A stretch of DNA of 64,000 nt, taken from the NCBI GenBank assembly GCA_038087875.1, contig JAXLNO010000546.1, positions 124,001 to 188,000 of the forward strand, read 5' to 3'. The DNA is from Malacoraja senta. Lineage: Eukaryota. Position numbers and translations under genes: made by a program. Below, piece after piece: positions 1 to 10,211 of this stretch. Under the pieces are notes generated by a model, which was given only the letters and a program-made list of their open reading frames with translations, searched no databases and was not told the origin of the DNA. Each line of letters starts with the position of its first letter. The first letter of the stretch is position 1.

Positions 1-502
1 CCTCCACAGAGAGGGAGATTCGTAGACAGCCCTGAACAGGTGCTTCCGCAGGCCCCTGCCTCGGAGTATGCTCACCAGCTATAACTCTGATCTCGGAGTC
101 AGAACAATACTGGCTCCGTGTGCTCACTTCCTGCAAGAGGGAGACATCATGCAGTCCTTCTATAGGTGCTGCTGTCAGAGGCTCCCGAGGAGACTCCCGG
201 ATATAAAGCTCCTCTTGCTGGAGCATATCGTGATGGAGCATCCTCTCCATCAGGAGCTCTTTCCAGACAACCCTTCAACAGGTGCTGCTGCCATGGGCCC
301 CCAAGGTGGCCCCCGGATTTAAAGCTCCTCTTGCTGGAGCATATCGTGCTGGAGCATCTTCTCCATCAGGAGCTCTTTCCAGCCAGCCCTGATATTATTT
401 TTATTGGCTCATCAGTCCCAGTTACTATGGCGCATTTCGATGCCATGCCTGGCACCCCTGATTCTTGTCTTTCATGCCTTGGGGTATGCTCTGCAATACC
501 TC

Positions 503-1331
503 GCACAATACCAACTAAACAAGAGTAAATCTGAGGTCATACATCTCGGCCCCTCCAACTCAAACAAAATGATAGCTGGCAGCCTTGGAAGCCTTACCCC
601 ACTACTCAAACCTCACGTCTAAAACATTGGCGTGATATTTGACAGCACTGAAATTTGATAAACAGGTCAATGCCGTGGTAAAAGCTAGCTTCTTTCAGCT
701 TCGGACGATAGCTAAAATAAAACAATTCCTCCACTTTGATGACCTCGAAAACATCATCCACATATTTATCTCCTCCCGCCTAGATTACTGCAACTCCCTT
801 TACACTGGCATCAGCCAATCTTCCCTGTCCCGCCTGCAACTGGTCCAAAACGCCGCAGTGAGACTCCTGACGGGCACCCGAAAAAGGGACCACATCACCC
901 AGATCCTGGCCTGGCTCCCTGTGCGGTTCCGTATACATTTCAAGATCCTCCTCTATGTCTGCAAAGCCTTCATTGGGCTTCCCCCCCCACCTACATTAAA
1001 CGTCTTCTTACCCACCACTCCACCTCCAGGTCCCTCAGGGTCGAGGCATATGCTCAGGGGCGACCGCGCCTTTGCGGTTGCAGCTCCTAGACTGTGGAAC
1101 AGCATCCCCCTTCCCATCAGAACTGCCCCCTCCATCGACTCCTTTAAGTCAAGACTAAAAACGTATCTATACTCCCAAGCTTTTCTTGACGTCCTCTGAG
1201 TGAGGGCTATATGTACTGTACACATGTACGTAGTTTGTTTGTTTATACTATTCTTTTGACAAATGTAAAGCACTTTGACCAACGAGATTTGTTTTTTAAA
1301 TGTGCTATATAAATAAATGTGACTTGACTTG
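503..1331 (+). mobile_element. 5'-truncated L2 LINE (ORF2 C-terminus plus 3' tail)
   Basis: L2 motifs SRLDYCNSL, LQLVQNAA.RLL, WLPV.FRI.FKIL, GDRAF.VAAP.LWN, FKS.LKT.L; tail tgtaaagcactttg...ataaataaa(tgact)n; 5-bp TSD ACCTC at 498-502 and 1332-1336. Confidence 0.92.
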
Positions 1332-1963
1332 ACCTCTAACCTCAGGGTCAGAACAAAACTGCCCTGGTAAGCTCACCTCCTCCATGAGGGAGACATTATG
1401 CAGCCCTTCTACAGGTGCTGCTGCCATGGGTCCCCAAGAAGACCCGTGGATATAAGGCTCCTCTTCATGGAGCAGATCTTCCCTATGCAGCCCTTTAACA
1501 GAAGCTGCTGCCACGGGCCCATGGGGTGACCCACGGATATAATGCTCCTCCTGGAGCATGTCATGATGGAGCATCCTTTCCATCAGGTGCTCCATCTTTG
1601 ACAGACGTCCACAGACGTCGCTTCTAGTGGGAGTGGAATCCTCCTGGCCCGATTCACAGGCCTTACTTTTTAATGGCTTTTCCTCCCAGCCACGGTGCTG
1701 TCAATCGGCACCCTTGATACCGCCTTCCTCGTGGATTTACCCCTCCACGGAAACCACAGCGATCTGGAAGCCGCTGACCGCCTTGTCAGTGCAGAAAATC
1801 CTCAAGGGCGAAGGAGACCAGCCGGAAGCGGTAGTGCATGTCGGCACAAACGATATCGGAAAGAAGTGGATGCATATTCTGCAGCGTGACTTTAGAGAGC
1901 TCGGAAAAATGCTGAAAAGCAGGACCTCCAGGGTTGTTATCTCCGGGTTGCTTCCATTTCCTC

Positions 1964-4900
1964 CAAAACACACGGATAGACTATTTTCTAGTGGATACAA
2001 AATTAATTTCGCAATCTCTGAATCCTAAATATCATATTAATGCGATCTCAGATCACTCTCCGTTAACTTTTGTTCTAAAACTAGAAGGAATGTCTATGAA
2101 TAAACCGTTCTGGAGGTTTAACTCACAAATTTTAAAAGACCCTCAAGGGAGTATCTATCTAAAAAAACAGATGGATCTATTTTTTGAGTTAAATGATACA
2201 CCAGAGATATCCCCCACGTTATTATGGGAATCCTTCAAAGCATTTATAAGAGGAGTCATTATTTCATTTCAAGCTTATCAAAATAAAAAGAATAAGAATG
2301 AACAAAGACACTTAGAAGATCAAATAAAACAGTTAGATATAGATAATGCTAAAGACCCAACTATGGATAAACATAATAAAATACTACTACTGAAATTTCA
2401 GTTAAATAAATTACTGTCAGAGAAAGTTATAACATTATTTCAAATCACAAAACAAGAACACTTCGAATTCGGGGACAAACCCCACAAACTTCTAGCACGA
2501 CAACTTAAAAAACGGGAAAAAGAGAATGCAATATTAAAGATTAAATCAGATAGAGGGGAAGTATTAACACTACCCAAGGATATTAATAAAAGATTTGCTC
2601 AATTTTACCAGAATCTATACACATCTAAAACGTCAATAGACAATAATAAAATCTCAGAATTTTTAGATAATTGTAATCTACCACAATTAGAACGCAGGGA
2701 ACAAGAGGAACTGGGAGCACAAATTACTTCTAAGGAGATAGAAGACACAATAAAAACACTAAAAAATGGAAAAACACCAGGACCAGACGGATTCAGTAAT
2801 GAATTTTATAAATCTTTTTATGATATAGTTACTCCACGATTACAAAAAATGTATACATATGCTTATAAAGAGCAAAACCTACCTGAAACACTAGCGGAAT
2901 CAACGATCATATTAATACTTAAAAAAGATAAAAATATAGAAGAACCAGGATCATATAGAGCTATTGCTTTGTTAAATACGGATCAGAAAATAATAGCAAA
3001 AACATTAGCCAATAGATTAAGCAAGTATGTTAGTAGACTAATACATGAGGATCAAACAGGATTTATACCTAAGAGACACTCATTTAATAATTTGAGACGT
3101 TTGCTTAACATAATGCATTCACATAAATCTTATGACCAAGAGTTAGCTATCATCTCACTGGACGCAGAAAAAGCGTTTGATCAAGTAGAATGGGACTATA
3201 TGATCAAAGTATTGCAAAAATTCCAATTGGGAGAAAACTTTATTGCATGGATAAAACTACTATATAACAAACCTACGGCTAGAATACTAACTAATAATAT
3301 ATTATCTTCAAAATTCGAATTATCTAGGGGCAACAGACAAGGATGTTCACTATCACCGCTGTTATTTGCTTTGGTAATTGAACCCCTTGCTGAAAAAATA
3401 AGAACACACTCGAATATTCACGGTTATAACACAAAATATTCAAACAACAAACTATCCCTATATGCTGATGATGTACTACTGTACATCACAAAACCACAAA
3501 TTAGTATACCAAATATATTAAACTTAATTGAGGACTTTGGATCCTTTTCAGGATATAGAATAAATTGGAACAAAAGTGAAATTATGTCGATTAAACCAAA
3601 AGATTCAACACATCTCAGGAAATTCCCTTTTAAAATAGCTATGGAAAAATTCAAATATTTAGGAATTGAGATTACTAGAAATTACCATGATATGTTTAAA
3701 GCTAATTATAATCCCCTACTTAAGAAATTAAATAATCTGATTAAATTTTGGAAAACACTTCCGATGTCCTTAATAGGTAGGATAAATGCTATAAAAATGA
3801 TTTTCTTACCACAAATCCTTTACCTATTTCAATCAATACCTATATATCTCCCAAAAAAGTTTTTCAAAAAACTGGACTCAGACATTACAAATTTTATATG
3901 GGATTACAAATCCCACAGAATACAAAGAACACACCTTAACAAACGAAAAGAGTTGGGGGGTCTAGCGCTCCCTAACTTTATGTATTATAACTGGGCAGTA
4001 AATATTAAAAATATGATTCACCTGCTGGACAATTCTGCCCAGCAGGTGGACTGGATTAGAATGGAAAAAGGGGATTGCTCCCCGAATAATATAGGAGCGA
4101 TTATTCTCTCTCCAATAAATTTGAATAATAAAAATTATAATAAAAATCCAATTATATATAGCACTATTAGAACATGGAAGCAAATAAAACAGAATCTAAA
4201 ATTAAGAAACCTATCTCTCTTAATACCAATAGTCAATAACCCATCGTTTAAACCTTCAATCATAGATAAAGCATTTATACAATGGGAAAGAATGGGAATT
4301 AAAACGCTCGAAGATCTGTATGAATTAGAAAAATTACTATCATTCCAACAACTACAACTGAAATATAATTTGAAAAATAATCAATATTTTAAATATATAC
4401 AAATCTGTGACTATTTGAAAACACACACAAAAGATTATTATAATATGCCTTCCGACTTACTAGATGAAGCAATGAAGACAAAGGCGGAATCAGTTAATTT
4501 AATATCATACTTATATAATATCATCTTAAATATAGAAATACCCACAACAGATGGAATTAGAAGAGATTGGGAACAAGATCTAGGTTTAAAAATTTCAAAA
4601 GAGAGTTGGGATAATCATTTATTACAGGTGCATAAATGCTCGATCAACGTACGACATACGCTTATCCAATTTAAAACATTACATAGATTATATTATTCAA
4701 AAACCAAACTAAATAAAATCTTTCCTAACGTCTCACCAATCTGTGATAAATGTATATGTCAAGAAGCTACCATAGCACATTCTTTTGTTTTTTGTACAAA
4801 AATCCAAAAATTCTGGTTTGAAATATTTGATATTTTTTCAAAATTAATCAAAATAAAACTGGTACCAAAACCAGAATGGATTATTTTTGGAATATCGGAA

Positions 4901-5131
4901 GGTATTCCTGAATTAAACGTGTATCAGAAGAATTTACTCAATTATGGGCTAATAATGGGAAAAAAGCTTATACTTAAATTCTGGAAAAATGCGCCCACAC
5001 CAACAATAAAAATGTGGACATCAAATATGTTGGAAACATTACATCTGGAAGAGATGAGATTCCTCCTAGTAGGCAAAGTAGATCAATTTCAAAAGACGTG
5101 GTCTACGTTTTTGGACCTATTACAAGCATGA
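1964..5131 (+). CDS. L1 ORF2 (C-terminal part of endonuclease, RT, CCHC zinc knuckle); 5' truncated, no native start
   Basis: RIDYFL...SDHSP (EN), KTPGPDGF, SYRAIALLN.D.KI, DQTGF, SLDAEKAFD, RQGCSLSPLLF, YADD at 3461-3472, CDKC...H....C; open for ~1055 codons. Confidence 0.9.
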   Translation, partial: QNTRIDYFLVDTKLISQSLNPKYHINAISDHSPLTFVLKLEGMSMNKPFWRFNSQILKDPQGSIYLKKQMDLFFELNDTPEISPTLLWESFKAFIRGVIISFQAYQNKKNKNEQRHLEDQIKQLDIDNAKDPTMDKHNKILLLKFQLNKLLSEKVITLFQITKQEHFEFGDKPHKLLARQLKKREKENAILKIKSDRGEVLTLPKDINKRFAQFYQNLYTSKTSIDNNKISEFLDNCNLPQLERREQEELGAQITSKEIEDTIKTLKNGKTPGPDGFSNEFYKSFYDIVTPRLQKMYTYAYKEQNLPETLAESTIILILKKDKNIEEPGSYRAIALLNTDQKIIAKTLANRLSKYVSRLIHEDQTGFIPKRHSFNNLRRLLNIMHSHKSYDQELAIISLDAEKAFDQVEWDYMIKVLQKFQLGENFIAWIKLLYNKPTARILTNNILSSKFELSRGNRQGCSLSPLLFALVIEPLAEKIRTHSNIHGYNTKYSNNKLSLYADDVLLYITKPQISIPNILNLIEDFGSFSGYRINWNKSEIMSIKPKDSTHLRKFPFKIAMEKFKYLGIEITRNYHDMFKANYNPLLKKLNNLIKFWKTLPMSLIGRINAIKMIFLPQILYLFQSIPIYLPKKFFKKLDSDITNFIWDYKSHRIQRTHLNKRKELGGLALPNFMYYNWAVNIKNMIHLLDNSAQQVDWIRMEKGDCSPNNIGAIILSPINLNNKNYNKNPIIYSTIRTWKQIKQNLKLRNLSLLIPIVNNPSFKPSIIDKAFIQWERMGIKTLEDLYELEKLLSFQQLQLKYNLKNNQYFKYIQICDYLKTHTKDYYNMPSDLLDEAMKTKAESVNLISYLYNIILNIEIPTTDGIRRDWEQDLGLKISKESWDNHLLQVHKCSINVRHTLIQFKTLHRLYYSKTKLNKIFPNVSPICDKCICQEATIAHSFVFCTKIQKFWFEIFDIFSKLIKIKLVPKPEWIIFGISEGIPELNVYQKNLLNYGLIMGKKLILKFWKNAPTPTIKMWTSNMLETLHLEEMRFLLVGKVDQFQKTWSTFLDLLQA

Positions 5132-5555
5132 GGTGCAATAGTAATTTAGAAAAACAAATAAATAAATAAAAGGTATCTGGACCTGGTAATGGGAGGTAAA
5201 ATAAAAATAGACTTGGTTGGTAGTTCCTTCTCTATGAAGTATGGTATAAGAGTTATAATAGAGCGATTGTTCCTTCTTTCTTTCTCTTTTTTTTCTAGGG
5301 TCTATTTTCTAACTTTACTTCCTTCTCTAACCTCTTTTCTAAGGGGCTTTCTTTTCCCAACACTCTTTTGCACTTCACAACCTTTGCGCACTTTCTTCAC
5401 TTTTCTTACTTCTTTCTTTTTCTTTCTTAAAGTTTAAAAAAGTGAAGCGGTACAAAAAATGTATTAATATATACGTGTTGTACATTACTGTAATCTACCG
5501 TACTTCTAAAAAATAAAAAAATAAAAAATAAAAAAAAATAAAAAAAAAAAAAAAA
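1964..5555 (+). mobile_element. Young 5'-truncated L1-clade LINE with T-rich 3' UTR and poly(A); present only in the left arm
   Basis: AT-rich block absent from the right arm; A-rich tail 5508-5555; uninterrupted ORF2. Confidence 0.95.
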
Positions 5556-6342
5556 GAGTTTGTAAAAACAAGCCTGAAGGCTTTGTGTCTCAATGCAAGG
5601 AGCATTCGTAATAAGGTAGATGAGTTGAATGTGCAGATAGCAATTAATGACTATGATATAGTTGGGATCACGGAGACATGGCTACAGGGTGACCAAGGCT
5701 GGGAGCTGAACATCCAGGGATATTCAATATTCAGGACGGATAGACAGAAAGGAAAAGGAGGTGGGGTAGCGTTGCTGGTTAGAGAGGAGATTAACGCAAT
5801 AGAAAGGAAGGATATTAGCTTGGAGGATGTGGAATCGATATGGGTAGAGCTGCGAAACACTAAGGGGCAGAAAACGCTAGTGGGATTTGTGTACAGGCCA
5901 CCTAACAGTAGTAGTGGAGTTGGGGATGACATCAAACAGGAAATTAGAAATGCGTGCAACAAAGGTAAAACAGTTATAATGGGTGACTTCAATCTACATA
6001 TAGATTGGGTGAATCAAATTGGCAGGGGTGCTGAGGAAGAGAATTTCTTGGAATGTATGCGGGATAGTTTTCAAAACCAACATGTAGATGAACCAACGAG
6101 AGAGCAGGCTATTCTAGACTGGGTATTGAGTAATGAGGAAGGGTTAGTTAGCAGTTTTGTTGTGCGTGCCCACTTGGGCAAGAGTGACCATAATATGGTT
6201 GAGTTCTTCATTAGGATGGAGAGTGACATAATTCATTCAGAAACAAGGGTTCTGAACTTAAAGAAAGGTAACTTTGAGGGTATGAGAAGTGAATTGGCCA
6301 AGATAGACTGGCAATTGATTCTTAAAGGGTTGACGGTGGATA

Positions 6343-6605
6343 ATAATAATAATAATAATAATAATAATGGATGGGATTTATATAGCGCCTTCCTAATACT
6401 CAAGGCGCTTTACATCGCATTATTCATTCACTCCTCAGTCACACTCGGTGGTGGTGAGCTACTTCTGTAGCCACAGTTGCCCTGGGGCAGACTGACGGAA
6501 GCGTGGCTGCTAATCTGCGCCTACGGCCCCTCCGACCACCACCAATCACTCACACACATTCATACACATTCACACACATTCACACACATTCACATGGCGC
6601 CCAAC
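6343..6605 (-). mobile_element. SINE-like retroposon with L2-type 3' tail, inserted in CR1
   Basis: Minus strand ends tgtaaagcgccttgag...aggcgctatataaat...(TTA)n; 7-bp TSD GTGGATA at 6336-6342 and 6606-6612. Confidence 0.85.
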
Positions 6606-9600
6606 GTGGATATGCAACGGAAGGCATTTAAAGGCTGCATGGATGAACTACAACAATTGTTCATCCCAGTTTGGCAAAAGAATAAATCAGGGAAGGTAGT
6701 GCATCCGTGGATAACAAGGAAAATCATGGATAGTATCTAAACAAAAGACGAAGCGTACAAATTAGCCAGAAAAAGCAGCCTACCAGAGGACTGGGAGAAA
6801 TTCAGAGACAGTCAGAGGAGGACAAAGGGCTTAATTAGGAAAGGGAAAATAGATTATGAAAGAAAACTGGCAGGGAACTTATAAACTGACTGCAACTTTT
6901 TTATAGAAATGTGAAGAGAAAAAGATTAGTTAAAACAAATGTAGGTCCCTTGCAGTCAGAAACAGGTGAATTGATCATGGGGAACAAGGAAATGGCAGAC
7001 CAATTGAATAACTACTTTGGTTCTGTCTTCACTAAGGAAGACGTGAATAATCTGCCGGAAATAGCAGGGGACCGGAGATCAAATGAGATGGAGGAACTGA
7101 GTGAAATCCAGGTTAGCCGGGAAGTGGTGTTAGGTAAATTGAATGGATTAAAGGCCGATAAATCCCCTGGGCCAGATAGGCTGCATCCCAGAGTACTTAA
7201 GGAAGTAGCCCCAGAAATAGTGGATGCATTAGTGATAATTTTTCAAAACTCTTTAGATTCTGGAGTAGTTCCTGAGGATTGGAGGGTAGCTAATGTAACC
7301 ACACTTTTTAAAAAGGGAGGGAGAGAGATATCAGGAAATTACAGACCAGTTAGTCTAACATCGGTATTGGGGAAACTGCTAGAGTCAGTTATTAAAGATG
7401 GTATAGCAGCACATTTGGAAAGTGGAGAAATCATTGGACAAAGTCATCATGGATTTATGAAAGGTAAATCATGTCTGACGAATCTTATAGAATTTTTCGA
7501 GGATGTAACTAGTAGAGTGGATAAGGGAGAACCAGTGGATGTGTTATATCTGGACTCTCAGAAGGCTTTTGACAAGGTCCCACGTAAGAGATTAGTATAC
7601 AACCTTAAAGCACACGGTATAGGAGGTTCAGTATTGATTTGGATAGAGAACTGGGTGGCAGACAGGAAGCAAAGAGTAGGAGTAAACGGGTTCTTTTCAG
7701 AATGGCAGGCGCTGACTAGTGGGGTACCGCAAGGCTCAGTTCTGGGACCCCGGCTAATTACAATATTAATGATTTGGACGAGGGAATTGAATGCAACATC
7801 TCCAAGTTTGCGGATGACACGAAGCTGGGGGGCAGTATTAGCTGTGAGGAGTATGCTAGGAGGCTGCAAGGTGACTTGGATAGGCTGGGTGAGTGGGCAA
7901 ATGCATGGCAGATGCAGTATAATGTGGATAAATGTGAGGTTATCCATTTTGGTGGCAAAAAACAGAAAGTAGACTATTACCTGAATGGTGGCCGATTAGG
8001 AAAAGGGGAGATGCAACGAGACCTGAGTGTCATGGTACACCAGTCATTGAAAGTAGGCATGCAGGTACAGCAGGCAGTGAAGAAAGCGAATGGTATGTTA
8101 GCATTCATAGCAAAATGATTTGAGTATAGGAGCAGGGAGGTTCTACTGCAGTTGTACAGGGTCTTGGTGAGACCACACCTGGAGTATTGCGTACAGTTTT
8201 GGTCTCCAAATCGGAGGAAATACATTCTTTCCATAGAAGGAGTACAGAGAAGGTTCACCAGACTGATTCCTGGGATGTCAGGACTTTCATATGAAGAAAG
8301 ACTGGATAGACTTGGCTTGTACTCGCTAGAATTTAGAAGATTGAGGGGGGATCTTATAGAAACTTACAAAATTCTTAAGGGTTTGGACAGGCTAGATGCA
8401 GGAAGGTTGTTCCCGATGTTGGGGAAGTCCAGAACAAGGGGGTCACAGTTTAAGGATTAGGGGGAAATCCTTAAGAATGAGAAAAACTTTTTTCACACAG
8501 AGAGTGGTGAATCTCTGGAATTCGCTGCCACAGAAGGTAGTTGAGGCCAGTTCATTGGCTATATTTAAGAGGGAGTTAGATGTGGCCCTTGTGGCTAAAG
8601 GGATCAGGGGGAATGGAGAGAAGACACGTATAGGATACTGAGTTGGATGATCAGCCATGATCATATTGAATGGCGGTGCAGGCTCGAAGGGCCGAATGGC
8701 CTCCTTCTGCACCTATTTTCTATGTTTCTATGTTTCTATGTCAGCGGCTGAAGTAACAAACCCGACGTCTGCCGTCCGACGTCCGCCTGCTACCAGCGTT
8801 CAGGACCGGAGTCTCCTCACAGCCCAAAGCCCGTTTCCCCACGGCTGTCCGGACTCCGCTACAGCATCCAGCAGGAAACCTCTGTAAGATGTTCCTGCAA
8901 GAAAACACAACCTGGTATGAAATAAAACTTACCTGTAATTTTAAACGTACCGCTGGCAGGAGCGACGTGCCTGCCAGTCTGGTACTTCGCCATGCGAGCG
9001 ACGGAAATGAGACGCATGCGGACTGGCGGGGCTTCTCCTTCACGGAATCACTCATGTGACTCCGAAGTAAAATTATTCTCATGGATGGAAGCAGGGAGAG
9101 GTGGTTGAAGTTTCATTTGAGGGCTTGAGGTTTGTGCCTCGCGTATAGGTGCTTGTCCTACTGCTGCATGTGATTTATATCAGCAATATTGATGAGAATG
9201 CTAATAGCAGGAAAGTACATTTGCAGAAGATGCAGGAGTTCATGGTTTCATAGGTAGAGAACATGTTTATCAAAAATTACCAAAATGGTCCTGATCCAAT
9301 TTGGCAAGTGAGCTGAGCAATCATCATATCTACATTACTATTACTGGCTATCTTACTCAGAGACCCCCTGCGCTGCGCAGGACAAGATGATTTTTCCCAA
9401 TCGATGAAAAATATAAGATTTATTAGCGTTTTAAAAATGTTGAGATTCTCTCTCCTGAATGCCACGCCCCTTCCATAGGGACCATAAAACCCGGAAGTGT
9501 TGAGTGCCTCACTCAGTCTCTGCAAAATGGGGGAGCGAGAGGGTCACATCTCTCAGTCTGAGCCGTAAACAACACTGAACACATGTCTACTAAACTGTGA

Positions 9601-9651
9601 GTGCGGTTTTACTTACCATGAGTGCCCTTAATGCAGTTTGAAAATGAAAAT

Positions 9652-9812
9652 GGTTTGATGTGAAGCACAGCAAATGTCTATTGCTGGGGGTTGGTTTGAA
9701 GTGAAGCACTGCAAATGGCTGTTGGTGGTGGTTGGTTTGAAGTGAAGCACTGCACGTGGCGGTTGGTGGTGTTTGGTTTGAAGTGAAGCACTGCAAATGG
9801 CTGTTGGTTGTG
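9652..9812. repeat. 41-bp minisatellite, ~4 copies
   Basis: Units ggtttgaagtgaagcactgcaaatggctgttggtggtggtt start at 9652, 9693, 9734 and 9775. Confidence 0.9.
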
Positions 9813-10211
9813 GAAACTTGACAACTTCCTGTTAGCACTGTATATTGATTTTAGATAAAACGCTACCACTTATGGCTGGATTTTTGGCCATCTTACTCAG
9901 TTCCCCTCCGCTCATGAGCTGCAGAGGATTCTACCCATCAATGAAAAATGAAAGTGCTATTTGTGATTAAAACATTTTGGTAATCTCTCTCCTGTCAATC
10001 GCGCCATGAAGGCCACGTCCCTTCCGTAGGGTTATAAAACACGGAAGTTTGTGTGTGGCTTAGTCTCTGCAAGATGGGCAGGGAGAGGTCACGACAAGAT
10101 GGGGAGGGAGAGGTCTGAGCTGTGAATCAACTGAACACACAAATGTTTACTAAACTGTGAGTGTTGTGTTTTGTTGTGTTTTGTGTGGTTTTATGGTAGT
10201 TTTATGGTGGT

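Larger units (their letters stand above)
1790..8738 (+). mobile_element. CR1 LINE (ORF1 SGNH-esterase part plus degenerate ORF2 EN/RT), interrupted by an L1 and a SINE
   Basis: VHVGTND (ORF1); NARSIRNK, GITETW, MGDFN, SDH (APE endonuclease); KSPGPD, NYRPVSLTS, KAFDKV, GVPQGSVLGP, KFADD, RPHLEY (RT); (TTTCTATG)n tail; TSD TGTCAG at 1784-1789 and 8739-8744. Confidence 0.95.
1..9070 (-). mobile_element. Old DIRS element (DIRS-B), 5' part in left arm; pieces 1-502, 1332-1789 and 8739-9070 separated by L2 and CR1 insertions
   Basis: Terminus ttacttcggagtcacatgag on the minus strand at 9070; the pieces join into the uninterrupted paralogous sequence at 51153-52360. Confidence 0.85.

Noticed and set aside
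1934..1963. Start of the 1065-aa ORF
   Set aside because: The first 10 codons come from flanking CR1 in another frame with a non-ATG start; the L1 is 5' truncated.
1627..2028. ORF MGVESSWPDS... (and 42081-42629) as a host esterase gene
   Set aside because: Chimera of antisense DIRS-B sequence and CR1 ORF1 SGNH esterase across a TSD-marked insertion junction.
6595..6609. LTR-retrotransposon primer-binding site
   Set aside because: No LTR or gag follows; it sits at a SINE/TSD junction (kept only as a tRNA-homology finding).
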